The position numbers and the translations under genes are program-made. A DNA stretch of 63,777 nucleotides from an uncultured Maribacter sp. GTDB taxonomy: Bacteria; Bacteroidota; Bacteroidia; Flavobacteriales; Flavobacteriaceae. Below, one piece after another: positions 30,128 through 40,034 of this stretch. Under the pieces are notes generated by a model. The model worked only from the letters and a program-made list of their open reading frames with translations, ran no database searches and was not told the origin of the DNA. The DNA lies in the NCBI GenBank assembly GCA_964515285.1, contig CAZEUV010000002.1, forward strand, positions 6,507 to 70,283, read 5' to 3'. Each line of letters begins with the position of its first letter. Position 1 is the first letter of the stretch.

Positions 30128-30646
30128 ATGTTTTCAGATAACAAAAAACCTCGAATGATGAACGAAATAGGCGGACAACCCAACAGAATTGAAAAGAACA
30201 CGAAAATCAAAGGTGATATTATCTCCGAAGCTGATTTTAGAATTGACGGTAAGCTAGAAGGCAATCTAAAAACCTCTGGCAAGGTAGTCATTGGTAAAGA
30301 CGGATACATCAACGGAAAAGTAGAATGTGTAAATGCCGATATCGAAGGCAACTTCAATGGCGAGCTTTTGGTCTCAGACCTTTTGTCGTTAAAAACTTCG
30401 GCAGTGATCGAAGGTACGGTATCAGTAACCAAATTGGCCGTTGAGCCAGGGGCTACTTTCAATGCTTCTTGTACCATGAAGGGCAAAGGCGGCTCATTGA
30501 GCGGAAGTTCTTTGAATAAAAGCACTTCTACCTCTTCTTCTTCTTCTTCTTCTTCTGGTTCTAGTAGTTCAGGCGGATTTAAATCTTCTTTACACAGCAG
30601 TAGTAGCTCTACAAGTACGGGTAATGGAGCGGCAAAAGCATCCTAA
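30128..30646 (+). CDS. Bactofilin (polymer-forming cytoskeletal protein) with Ser-rich tail
   Basis: IKGDI..FRIDG.LEG..GKVVIG..LAVEPGATFN beta-helix. Confidence 0.9.
   Translation: MFSDNKKPRMMNEIGGQPNRIEKNTKIKGDIISEADFRIDGKLEGNLKTSGKVVIGKDGYINGKVECVNADIEGNFNGELLVSDLLSLKTSAVIEGTVSVTKLAVEPGATFNASCTMKGKGGSLSGSSLNKSTSTSSSSSSSSGSSSSGGFKSSLHSSSSSTSTGNGAAKAS
30533..30556 (+). repeat. (TCT)8 in-frame microsatellite
   Basis: Eight perfect TCT units encoding Ser8. Confidence 0.9.
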
Positions 30647-30854
30647 GAAGAAAAGCCATTTAAGAAATGCGGTAATACTTTCGGGCATTGCCTTTGAAAT
30701 GGGCGCCATTATTTTTTTAGCGGCCAAGGGGGGTATTTGGTTAGACGACCATTATCAGACCGATAAAAGATATTTTACAGCCGTTGCCACACTGATAGGT
30801 GTGGCAATTTCTATTTGGGTAGTTTTGAACCGTTTAAAACGAATAAAACAATAA
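30624..30854 (+). CDS. AtpZ/AtpI-family small membrane protein
   Basis: SGIAFEMG..G.WLD, two TM helices, upstream of atpB. Confidence 0.8.
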   Translation: MERQKHPKKKSHLRNAVILSGIAFEMGAIIFLAAKGGIWLDDHYQTDKRYFTAVATLIGVAISIWVVLNRLKRIKQ

Positions 30855-31246
30855 TGCCCCAAACACACCCTGTAGTTTCTTTTTTACTGGTCCTGATTTG
30901 TTCTTTGGCCCTTAGTTTTTTTATACACACCGCTCTTCTCCAGAACATGGGGTTGCCTAAAGACGGCAATCGGATCGTTCTGTCTTATTTGGTAAACGGA
31001 ATTCTTGCCGCAGCAATCTATATGCTGCTCTTTGCTTTTAGGTATAAGCTTAAAAATCAGATAGGTTTTCTTTTTATCGTGGGAAGTTTTTTAAAATTCA
31101 TATGTTTCTTCCTGCTTTTTTATCCGGCCTATAAAGAAGATGGCGAAATGGATAGAATGGAGTTTGCGGCTTTCTTTGTTCCGTATTGCATTTCTCTCGT
31201 TATAGAGACTATTTTTATGGCCAAAATGCTTAAAAAGCTGGATTGA
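30854..31246 (+). CDS. ATP synthase protein I-like membrane protein (DUF6168-like)
   Basis: Four TM helices, GFLF..GSFLKF, FFVPY..L..ET; TAATG overlap with previous stop. Confidence 0.7.
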   Translation: MPQTHPVVSFLLVLICSLALSFFIHTALLQNMGLPKDGNRIVLSYLVNGILAAAIYMLLFAFRYKLKNQIGFLFIVGSFLKFICFFLLFYPAYKEDGEMDRMEFAAFFVPYCISLVIETIFMAKMLKKLD

Positions 31247-31323
31247 CTTTGATATTGATTACCGGCATTTTTAGAAGTCGGAAATAAACCTGAAAATGCT
31301 TTTTTATTTTTGTGAGAATAACG

Positions 31324-31331
31324 TACATTTG
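31324..31331 (+). promoter_or_regulatory. -7 promoter of atpBEFHAG
   Basis: TACATTTG with TTTG further upstream. Confidence 0.65.
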
Positions 31332-31364
31332 CACGGATTTTTAAGACACGATTAGCTGAGTGAT

Positions 31365-32480
31365 ATGCCGCAAATATTTTCGATTAAAAAGATTTCGTTT
31401 TTACTTTTTTTAGTTTCTTTTATTTCTGTAGCACAGCATGATGAAGCTAAAGAAGTTGGGCATGCCACTTCTGCTGAAACTTCGCAAGACGACTCAGGCC
31501 TTACGGTTAGGGAGAAAATCAAAGAAAGTATCAACCACCATATCCAAGATTCCCATTCATTTACGTTTTTTGGTGATTCAGCTGAAAATGAGCACTATGG
31601 CTTTCCCCTCCCAGTGATTTTGTGGGATGACGGGCTACAAGTGTTTATGTCATCAAAATTCCACCACGGTGAAACCGTTGCCGAAAACAATGGAAATCAT
31701 TACAAGCTATATCACAGCAAAATTTACAAAACAAATGCCCAAGGAACAATAAACTACGATGTAGACCATAATGTTTCAAATGTCAAGCCGTTAGATTTTT
31801 CGATTACCAAAAACGTGGTCATGATGTTTGTAACGGCCGCCTTGATGCTCTTGCTTTTTGGAGGTTTGGCGAGATCTTTTGGCAAAGGCCCCATAGCAAA
31901 AGGAGCGGGTCGTTTTTTCGAGCCCATTGTGCTTTATATTCGTGATGATATTGCAAGACCGAGTATAGGTGAGGCGAAGTATAAAAAGTACATGCCGTAT
32001 TTACTGACCGTATTCTTTTTTGTATGGTTTTTAAACCTGTTTGGTCTTACTCCTTTAGGCGTAAATGTGACGGGCAATATTGCTATTACGTTCGCTTTGG
32101 CCCTAATGACCTTTTTAATCACACAATTCTCAGGAAACAAGAATTATTGGAAACATATTTTTTGGATGCCGGGAGTACCGGTACCCATGAAGATTATCTT
32201 GGCGCCTATTGAATTGATGGGCGTTTTCATCAAGCCCTTTGCCCTAATGATACGTTTGTACGCCAATATCATGGCAGGCCACATCGTATTGATGAGCATT
32301 ATCGGGTTGATTTTTATATTTAAGAATTGGATGGGTGGGGGCTTATCATTGTTTTTGGCCTTTTTCCTTTCAATAATAGAACTTTTAGTAGCCGCTTTAC
32401 AAGCTTATATCTTCACACTGTTATCAGCATTATATTTTGGTTTTGCAGTTGAAGAGCATGAACATGAAGAGGCACATTGA
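31365..32480 (+). CDS. atpB: ATP synthase F0 subunit a
   Basis: KPFALMIRLYANIMAGH, LQAYIFTLLS; Bacteroidota-type long N-terminal extension. Confidence 0.97.
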   Translation: MPQIFSIKKISFLLFLVSFISVAQHDEAKEVGHATSAETSQDDSGLTVREKIKESINHHIQDSHSFTFFGDSAENEHYGFPLPVILWDDGLQVFMSSKFHHGETVAENNGNHYKLYHSKIYKTNAQGTINYDVDHNVSNVKPLDFSITKNVVMMFVTAALMLLLFGGLARSFGKGPIAKGAGRFFEPIVLYIRDDIARPSIGEAKYKKYMPYLLTVFFFVWFLNLFGLTPLGVNVTGNIAITFALALMTFLITQFSGNKNYWKHIFWMPGVPVPMKIILAPIELMGVFIKPFALMIRLYANIMAGHIVLMSIIGLIFIFKNWMGGGLSLFLAFFLSIIELLVAALQAYIFTLLSALYFGFAVEEHEHEEAH

Positions 32481-32515
32481 TAATTTGAATGTTTAATTTT
32501 TAATTTATATATATT

Positions 32516-32707
32516 ATGGAAATTCCAACTATTGTAGGAGCGGGATTGATTGTTATCGGTGTTGGTATCGGTATTGGTAGAATTGGTGGTTCAGCAATGG
32601 ACGCCATCGCACGTCAACCTGAAGCTACTGGTAAAATTCAAACAGCGATGTTGATTGCAGCGGCGCTTATTGAAGGTATTGGTTTTGCGGCCTTGTTCGC
32701 AAGCTAA
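32516..32707 (+). CDS. atpE: ATP synthase F0 subunit c
   Basis: IARQPEA loop, ALIEG carboxylate. Confidence 0.97.
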   Translation: MEIPTIVGAGLIVIGVGIGIGRIGGSAMDAIARQPEATGKIQTAMLIAAALIEGIGFAALFAS

Positions 32708-32715
32708 ACCATTGG

Positions 32716-32750
32716 ACAACGGCCATAACGGTTGGTTATGGCCGTTGTTT
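32716..32750 (+). terminator. Strong atpE-atpF intercistronic hairpin
   Basis: 14-bp stem acaacggccataac/gttatggccgttgt followed by T's. Confidence 0.65.
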
Positions 32751-32777
32751 ATTATAAATTGAATTTAATAAAACACT

Positions 32778-33278
32778 ATGGATAAATTAATCAACGATTT
32801 TTCATTCGGTCTGTTTTTTTGGCAAATATTACTCTTTGTACTATTGCTTTTGTTATTGCGGAAATTTGCATGGAAACCCATTCTAGATGCCGTAAATGAA
32901 AGAGAAGACGGAATAAAAAATGCACTAGCGGCTGCAGAAGAGGCAAAAAAGGAAATGCAGAACGTAACTGCCGATAGTGAAAAATTATTAAAAGAAGCTC
33001 GTGCTGAACGTGAGACCATGTTAAAAGAAGCTAGAGATATCAAGAACAAATTGATCGAGGAATCAAAAGAGCAGGCCAAAATTGAAGGAGATAAGATGAT
33101 ATCAAAAGCTCAAGCCGCTATTGAAAGTGAAAAGAAAGCGGCAGTAGCCGATATTAAAAATCAAGTGGCCGATCTGTCAATTAAAATTGCGGAAAAAGTG
33201 ATCAAAGAGCAATTGTCGAACAAAGACAGTCAGTTCAAGTTGGTCGAAGATATGTTGGGTGATATTAAATTGAACTAA
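32778..33278 (+). CDS. atpF: ATP synthase F0 subunit b
   Basis: GLFFWQ..KFAWKPI..RE coiled coil. Confidence 0.97.
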   Translation: MDKLINDFSFGLFFWQILLFVLLLLLLRKFAWKPILDAVNEREDGIKNALAAAEEAKKEMQNVTADSEKLLKEARAERETMLKEARDIKNKLIEESKEQAKIEGDKMISKAQAAIESEKKAAVADIKNQVADLSIKIAEKVIKEQLSNKDSQFKLVEDMLGDIKLN

Positions 33279-33284
33279 ACAAGC

Positions 33285-33824
33285 ATGAGCGATTCAAGAG
33301 CAGCAATACGCTACGCCAAAGCCATTCTAGACCTAGCGATCGAGAACAAGGCGACCGATGCTGTTGAAAAAGATATGCGTTCGGTTACAAGTACGATTTC
33401 CGAGAGCTCAGAACTTCGTGAAATGTTGGCGAGTCCGGTTATTAATGATGCTGCCAAGAAAAAAGTATTATTGGAGATTTTCAAAGAAAGCAATACTTTG
33501 ACAGAAGGGGCGATTACCATGCTAGTCGATAACAAAAGAATTTCAATGCTGAACGAGGTAGCTTTGAAATTTATCATTTTAAACGAAAAACAAAAAGGAA
33601 AGGATGTTGCCTATGTAACCACGGCCGTTCCTTTAACACCAGAACTGGAAAAGAAGGTGTTACAAAAAGTAACTGAGATTACAGGTAGCACAGTAACCTT
33701 GGAAAACAAGATCGATGAGAGTATCATCGGGGGCTTTGTTTTACGGGTCGGCGATTTACAATACGATGAGAGCATCGCCAATAAATTGAGCAGTTTAAAA
33801 AGAGAATTTACAAATAGTCTATAA
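33285..33824 (+). CDS. atpH: ATP synthase F1 delta
   Basis: RYAKA..IDESIIGGF. Confidence 0.96.
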   Translation: MSDSRAAIRYAKAILDLAIENKATDAVEKDMRSVTSTISESSELREMLASPVINDAAKKKVLLEIFKESNTLTEGAITMLVDNKRISMLNEVALKFIILNEKQKGKDVAYVTTAVPLTPELEKKVLQKVTEITGSTVTLENKIDESIIGGFVLRVGDLQYDESIANKLSSLKREFTNSL

Positions 33825-33883
33825 ATAAATGTTTAGAGAAAGAGCTTGGGCTCTCGTTTCTAACGGTCTTATATCTATAACAA

Positions 33884-35464
33884 ATGGCAGGAGTAAAAGC
33901 CGCTGAAGTATCGGCAATTTTAAAGAAACAATTATCAGATTTTGAAACAACAGCCTCTTTAGACGAAGTAGGTACCGTGCTACAAGTAGGTGATGGTATC
34001 GCTAGGGTCTATGGCCTATCTAATGTCCAGTATGGTGAATTGGTCGAATTCGATGGCGGACTGAAAGGTATTGTTTTGAATTTGGAAGAAGATAATGTTG
34101 GTGTGGTACTATTGAGTCCTTCACGAGACGTGAAAGAAGGTTCAGTTGTAAAACGAACCCAGACCATTGCTTCTATAAATGTTGGAGAAGGTATTGTTGG
34201 CCGTGTAGTAAACACCTTGGGTGTTCCAATCGATGGCAAGGGGCCTATTGAAGGAGAAGTCTATGAAATGCCGTTGGAGCGCAAAGCCCCAGGGGTGATC
34301 TTTCGTGAGCCGGTAACAGAGCCATTGCAAACTGGGATCAAGGCAATCGACGCTATGATTCCCGTAGGTAGAGGTCAACGTGAATTGGTCATTGGTGACC
34401 GTCAAACCGGTAAAACCACGGTTTGTATCGATACCATCTTAAACCAAAAAGAATTTTACGATGCAGGTGAGCCTGTATATTGTATATATGTTGCGATTGG
34501 CCAAAAGGCCTCTACGGTTGCGGGTATTGCCCAGACCTTAGAAGACAAAGGCGCTATGGCCTATACGACCATAGTAGCTGCAAACGCATCAGATCCTGCA
34601 CCAATGCAGGTATACGCACCCTTTGCAGGTGCTGCGATAGGTGAGTACTTTCGTGACACGGGCCGTCCCGCATTGATTATTTATGACGACCTTTCAAAAC
34701 AGGCCGTTGCCTATCGTGAGGTATCCTTGTTATTGAGAAGACCACCGGGGCGTGAGGCATATCCTGGTGATGTATTTTACCTTCACTCAAGATTATTGGA
34801 GCGTTCCGCAAAGGTGATTGCCGATGACGGAATCGCAAAAGACATGAACGATCTTCCAGATTCGTTAAAGCCAATGGTAAAAGGAGGAGGCTCTTTAACA
34901 GCCCTACCGATTATTGAAACGCAGGCAGGTGATGTATCTGCATATATTCCCACGAATGTAATCTCTATTACCGACGGGCAGATTTTCTTGGAGCAAGATT
35001 TGTTCAACCAAGGGGTTCGACCAGCGATTAACGTAGGTATCTCGGTATCTCGTGTGGGGGGTAACGCCCAGATAAAATCAATGAAAAAAGTTGCAGGAAC
35101 CCTAAAACTGGATCAGGCACAATTTCGTGAATTGGAAGCCTTTGCCAAATTCGGTTCTGATTTAGATGCGGCCACCTTGAACGTAATTGAAAAAGGGCGG
35201 CGTAATGTTGAGATATTAAAGCAAGCACAAAACGATCCTTTTACGGTAGAAGATCAGGTAGCGATTATCTATGCAGGTTCAAAAAACTTGTTACGGGACG
35301 TACCGGTAAATAAAATCAAGGAATTCGAAAGAGACTATATTGAATTCCTAAACGCCAAGCATAGAGGTGTTTTAGACACTTTGAAATCAGGTAAGCTGAC
35401 CGATGAGGTTATCGACACCTTGACTTCGGTCTGTAAAGATTTAGCGGGGAAATATGTAAATTAA
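33884..35464 (+). CDS. atpA: ATP synthase F1 alpha
   Basis: [31 protein letters not shown]. Confidence 0.99.
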   Translation: MAGVKAAEVSAILKKQLSDFETTASLDEVGTVLQVGDGIARVYGLSNVQYGELVEFDGGLKGIVLNLEEDNVGVVLLSPSRDVKEGSVVKRTQTIASINVGEGIVGRVVNTLGVPIDGKGPIEGEVYEMPLERKAPGVIFREPVTEPLQTGIKAIDAMIPVGRGQRELVIGDRQTGKTTVCIDTILNQKEFYDAGEPVYCIYVAIGQKASTVAGIAQTLEDKGAMAYTTIVAANASDPAPMQVYAPFAGAAIGEYFRDTGRPALIIYDDLSKQAVAYREVSLLLRRPPGREAYPGDVFYLHSRLLERSAKVIADDGIAKDMNDLPDSLKPMVKGGGSLTALPIIETQAGDVSAYIPTNVISITDGQIFLEQDLFNQGVRPAINVGISVSRVGGNAQIKSMKKVAGTLKLDQAQFRELEAFAKFGSDLDAATLNVIEKGRRNVEILKQAQNDPFTVEDQVAIIYAGSKNLLRDVPVNKIKEFERDYIEFLNAKHRGVLDTLKSGKLTDEVIDTLTSVCKDLAGKYVN

Positions 35465-35494
35465 TTAGGAATTTTGCATTCATAATTAAAAAAA

Positions 35495-36355
35495 ATGGCC
35501 AATTTAAAGGAAATACGAAATAGAATAGCATCGGTATCATCGACGATGCAGATAACTTCTGCCATGAAAATGGTATCTGCTGCCAAGTTGAAAAAAGCTC
35601 AGGATTCTATTACTGCCATGCGACCGTATGCTAATAAGCTTACCGAACTTTTACAAAGCCTTAGTGCTAGTTTAGATGCTGACTCTGGCGGTAAATTTTC
35701 CGAAGTTCGTGAGGTCAAAAAAGTGTTGGTCGTTGCCATTAACTCAAATAGAGGTCTTTGTGGTGGCTTTAATAACAACATTATCAAACAGAGTGTGTTA
35801 TTGGCCGAAGAAACCTATGCAAATAAGCAAGTTGACTTTATGGCCATAGGAAAAAAGGCGAACGATCTATTAGGAAAAAAATTCAATGTCATTGCCAACC
35901 ACAGTGCTGTTTATGACGATTTGACCTTTGAGAACGTGACTGCTATTGCCGAAGATCTTATGGAGAAGTTCACAGATGGTTCTTATGACAAGATTGATAT
36001 TATATACAACAAATTCAAAAATGCAGCTACCCAGATTGTTACAACTGAGCAATTCTTACCAATAGTTCCTGTTGAAAATACTGAAAGCACCAATACGGAC
36101 TATATTTTTGAACCATCCAAAATAGAGATTGTAGAGCAATTAATTCCGAAGTCTTTAAAAACACAATTGTACAAAGGTATTCGTGATTCCTTTGCCTCTG
36201 AACATGGTGCGCGTATGACAGCAATGCACAAGGCCACCGATAACGCCACTGAATTGAGAGATCAATTGAAGTTGACATACAATCAGGCGAGACAAGCTGC
36301 GATTACGAACGAGATATTGGAAATTGTTGGTGGTGCCGAGGCACTGAACGGTTAG
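35495..36355 (+). CDS. atpG: ATP synthase F1 gamma
   Basis: QITSAMKMVSAAK, RGLCGGFN, RQAAITNEILEI. Confidence 0.98.
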   Translation: MANLKEIRNRIASVSSTMQITSAMKMVSAAKLKKAQDSITAMRPYANKLTELLQSLSASLDADSGGKFSEVREVKKVLVVAINSNRGLCGGFNNNIIKQSVLLAEETYANKQVDFMAIGKKANDLLGKKFNVIANHSAVYDDLTFENVTAIAEDLMEKFTDGSYDKIDIIYNKFKNAATQIVTTEQFLPIVPVENTESTNTDYIFEPSKIEIVEQLIPKSLKTQLYKGIRDSFASEHGARMTAMHKATDNATELRDQLKLTYNQARQAAITNEILEIVGGAEALNG

Positions 36356-36510
36356 AAGTACTTGTTGGTATCAAATTCATTAATGGTGTAATGCTGCGAA
36401 GTGGTAACAACAGAATCTTCAAAGAGATAGAATTATTCGGTCTCGTAACACATTGATTTTAGATGTTTTTTTTATATTTGAGAAATAGACCAAACACTTT
36501 TTCTCTATAT

Positions 36511-38565
36511 ATGTATAAATCAACCTTTCCCCTGCTTGTCTTATTATCTTTTCTTTTATTATCATCGTGTGAGAAAAAAGAAGAAAACAAGCCACCTTCA
36601 GAAGTTTCAGAGATTACGGCCACTAATATTTCTGGCACCCAAGTGCTCATAGCTTGGAGTAAAGCCGTTGACGATGATAAAAACCCTATAAAATATGACC
36701 TTCTTGTTAATAACAAGGTAATTAAAACTGGTTTTACGGGCACCTCAGTTGAATTGGATGTTACTGAATTTCTTAGTGGTGTTACCTCTAAAAGCGGAAT
36801 CATAAACTACTCAAGTAAAAATAATGGTTCAGAGCTAGTATTGGCAATAGAGATTAAAGCTACTGACAGCAGCAACCAAACCTCAACAGCTAGAGCTACT
36901 ATTACGATACAAATTAATAGACCTCCTGGTGAATTTGAGTTTCTAAACGTTTATTTTGATACAGAAGAATACCGATCAATAAGAATCAACTGGTCACCTG
37001 CTAGTGATATTGATGGTGATGAATTGTTGTACACCATATCTATAAACGATATAATTATTGAAGAAAATCACAAAATACCCTCTAGCAATGATTTTGGGGA
37101 AGTAACGTACTTAAATGATTTTTATGAATTGTCAAGCGACCCGATGACCATAAAAATAATTGTTTCAGATGGATCGGTATCAAACGAAATCACGGCAACC
37201 TATGATTTTAATGCCACAGATATAAACTTTGGGGCGATTGAAACACCTTATAACAATGAAGGTCTTGATTATTCTATTTCGACAGAAGAACCAGATGGCA
37301 AAATAGCATTCAATTTTAGTATTTCAAATGTTACTCCCTTTCGAATATCCAACAATCAAGGACAACGTATTGCTTTATTTGATGTGAATAATCAAGAGAT
37401 TGTCTCAGAAATTGGTGAGATTTTAGGAGAATTAACCGAAGGGTCTTATAGCGTGGTTGTATTCAATAACAGCTCAAAAAATTCAAATGGGGTGCTACAT
37501 ATGGTTTTTGAAGACCCCAATGAGGCAGCTATAAATCTTGGAGAATTAACTGTGCCATCGATAAATGAGATTGAAATTGACCTAAGGCTAATAAACGAAA
37601 ATACAGTGACTATTTTAACCTTTGAAATTAGTGAGGGTGCCGACTATAAATTTGAATATGGTAATGGGTTCGACAAAGACAATTTTTATTTGTTAAATGA
37701 AAACGATGAAGAGATACCTTTTTATATTAAACATTATAGATTTAGCACAGGAAATTTTTTACCTCCAGGCAAGTATAAGATAGGATTAAGAGATATTGTA
37801 AACGCCAAGAAGCTTTTTACGATGAAACTTCACTTTGGTAATTTTCATGGTTCAGACAAACATTTAGGATTAATACCCGTACCTGACTTTTCTGAAGCTG
37901 TTTATGAGAAAGAAGGAGAAGACGTAGATGCCTTTGTTCGTTTTTACTTTGAAGTGGAGAAACCCACGGCATTTTATTTTAGTATAGGGGTCAATAGCTC
38001 TGCAATTGAAAGATCTAAAAATTTGTGGAATGCAGACACCCGAGAGATAGTGCCCATATACGGCCTAAACCAAACCACATTTGCTGATAACCTTCTCCAA
38101 CCGGGCATTGAATACTATATAGAGTATATTAATACGTGGACAGAGATGAACGATCCCTCAATGACTTTCGGGCTTAAACATCCTACGGCCTCCGATTTAG
38201 ATTTGGGCATATTGTCAATACCCACTACTATAGATGACTTGCCTAAACAACTTAGAGAAGATTCCTATGGCGAGGCAGATCATATTATCGAATACACTTT
38301 TGAAATTACAGAAGAAGCGTTTTTTGGAGCCTTGCCCTCATATAGTGCGATTAAAGTGTTTGCGTTGTTAGATTCCAATAATGAGCCAATCGAACTTGCA
38401 ATTACTTCTACCCCTGACTTACCTCCCGGAGTTTTATATGGTGCTAATCTATCTCCGGGTAAGTATACCCTTAGATGCCTAGAGGTAGATGGCATTAATA
38501 GATTTCACCCTGATTATGTAGTACGGTTTTCAAACTTTTATATAGTAGAAAAGAGGAATCTCTAA
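36511..38565 (+). CDS. Surface lipoprotein with two FnIII-like domains and four ~110-aa repeats
   Basis: Lipobox LSSC followed by EKKEE; two N.PP..W..A.D.D...Y units; internal repeats; start reassigned to MYKSTF. Confidence 0.7.
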   Translation: MYKSTFPLLVLLSFLLLSSCEKKEENKPPSEVSEITATNISGTQVLIAWSKAVDDDKNPIKYDLLVNNKVIKTGFTGTSVELDVTEFLSGVTSKSGIINYSSKNNGSELVLAIEIKATDSSNQTSTARATITIQINRPPGEFEFLNVYFDTEEYRSIRINWSPASDIDGDELLYTISINDIIIEENHKIPSSNDFGEVTYLNDFYELSSDPMTIKIIVSDGSVSNEITATYDFNATDINFGAIETPYNNEGLDYSISTEEPDGKIAFNFSISNVTPFRISNNQGQRIALFDVNNQEIVSEIGEILGELTEGSYSVVVFNNSSKNSNGVLHMVFEDPNEAAINLGELTVPSINEIEIDLRLINENTVTILTFEISEGADYKFEYGNGFDKDNFYLLNENDEEIPFYIKHYRFSTGNFLPPGKYKIGLRDIVNAKKLFTMKLHFGNFHGSDKHLGLIPVPDFSEAVYEKEGEDVDAFVRFYFEVEKPTAFYFSIGVNSSAIERSKNLWNADTREIVPIYGLNQTTFADNLLQPGIEYYIEYINTWTEMNDPSMTFGLKHPTASDLDLGILSIPTTIDDLPKQLREDSYGEADHIIEYTFEITEEAFFGALPSYSAIKVFALLDSNNEPIELAITSTPDLPPGVLYGANLSPGKYTLRCLEVDGINRFHPDYVVRFSNFYIVEKRNL

Positions 38566-38608
38566 ACGTATGGGCTTTGTTTGAATAAAGTGTCTTTCGA
38601 GTTATCGT

Positions 38609-38636
38609 AAACCTCACATTTCTGTGAGGTTTTTTT
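38609..38636 (+). terminator. Intrinsic terminator
   Basis: aaacctcaca/tgtgaggttt stem plus T-run. Confidence 0.7.
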
Positions 38637-38645
38637 ATGTCAACA

Positions 38646-38671
38646 TGTAACATTTTAAAGAAAATGTATCT
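38646..38671 (+). promoter_or_regulatory. Putative ECF-sigma promoter
   Basis: TGTAAC-N15-TATCT just upstream of the hydrolase-ECF-anti-sigma operon. Confidence 0.45.
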
Positions 38672-38687
38672 AAAAGGAAAACATCTT

Positions 38688-39531
38688 ATGAAAACATTCA
38701 AAAAAGTACTGTTTACAGTAGTGTTCATGACGACCACATCGGTAGTTTCTCAAACCGCCCCCTTTGAAGTAAGTGTAAAGGGAGAAGGAGGACCTATTTT
38801 GTTCTTTCCAGGATTCGCCTGTACAGGTGAAGTATGGGAAGATACCGTTTCTGAGCTATCCGAAAACTACGAATGCCATATATTTACCTTTTCCGGTTTT
38901 GGTAAGGTGGCACCTATTGAAAAACCCTGGCTTCCAAAAATCAAGGAAGGGATTGTTCGCTATGTAGAAGAAAATAATTTAAGGAACCCTGTGATTATAG
39001 GGCATAGCTTGGGGGGTGTTTTGGGTCTATGGCTTGCTTCTGACGATAACCATCCGTATTCAAAATTGATTTTAGTAGACGCATTACCTTCTACCGGAGC
39101 TTTAATGATGCCCGATTTTAAAAGTGAGAACATGGTATACAACAACCCATATAGTAAACGAATCTTAGAAATGGATGCGGAAGAATTTAGTAAAATGGCA
39201 ACTCAAATGGCTTCTGGAATGACCTTGAACATCGAAAAGCAAACACAAATCAAAGAATGGATGTTGCAAGCAGATCGCGAAACCTATGTTTATGGCTATA
39301 CTGATTTGTTAAAGTTGGATTTACGGGATGATATTTCTAAAATCACCATTCCTGTTACAGTTCTGGCGGCAACACATCCTTACGGAAAGGAGATGGCCCC
39401 AATCAACTTATGAAGTCCAATATAAGAACTTGAAAGCTTATGAGATAGAGTTTGCCGAAGGTTCCGCACATTTTATCATGTACGATCGGCCAGCATGGTT
39501 TTTAAACCAGATTAAAAAAAGATTACCCTAA
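38688..39531 (+). pseudogene. Alpha/beta hydrolase split by a +1 frameshift
   Basis: GHSLGG in first frame; catalytic-His motif AHFIMYD in second frame; removing one C from CCCC (39397-39400) gives a continuous 280-aa ORF. Confidence 0.8.
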
Positions 39532-39536
39532 AAAGA

Positions 39537-40034
39537 ATGGAGGAGGACGCATTCGTTTTTGAAGAAATTTACCGAGCAAACTATCAAAAGGTGCTTCGAA
39601 TCTGTATGGGATATGTCAATGGCGATGATGCCCAAGCCAAAGATTTAACACAGGAAATCTTTATCAAGGTCTGGCAACAAATGAAATCATTTCGGAAAGA
39701 GGCCAGAGTTTCTACATGGATTTATAGAATAACCATAAACACATGTCTTCTTCAACTTAGGGGCAAAAAAATAGTGAAAAGTTCAAAAACGCTCGAAAGA
39801 GTAGCTGATGTTGAAGAAGAGACACATCCATCCAAAGAAAATCAATTGAAACAGATGTACCAATGTATAAATAAACTACCAAGAGAAAGCAAGGGAATTA
39901 TCTTGTTGGAACTTGAGGGGTTGCCCCAAAAAGAAATTGCCGAGGTTATGGGGTTGTCCCATGAGGCCGTTCGGGTTCGGGTACATCGTATAAAAACCAG
40001 TTTAACTAAATGTGTACAAAATGACAGCATTTGA
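39537..40034 (+). CDS. ECF RNA polymerase sigma factor
   Basis: DLTQEIFIKVW, STWIYRITINTC, EIAEVMG..VRVRVHRIK. Confidence 0.93.
   Translation: MEEDAFVFEEIYRANYQKVLRICMGYVNGDDAQAKDLTQEIFIKVWQQMKSFRKEARVSTWIYRITINTCLLQLRGKKIVKSSKTLERVADVEEETHPSKENQLKQMYQCINKLPRESKGIILLELEGLPQKEIAEVMGLSHEAVRVRVHRIKTSLTKCVQNDSI

Noticed and set aside
31365-36355. Absence of atpD/atpC; possible Na+-coupled ATPase
   Set aside because: Split operon is normal in Flavobacteriia; subunit c (IEGI) lacks the ES/T Na+-binding signature
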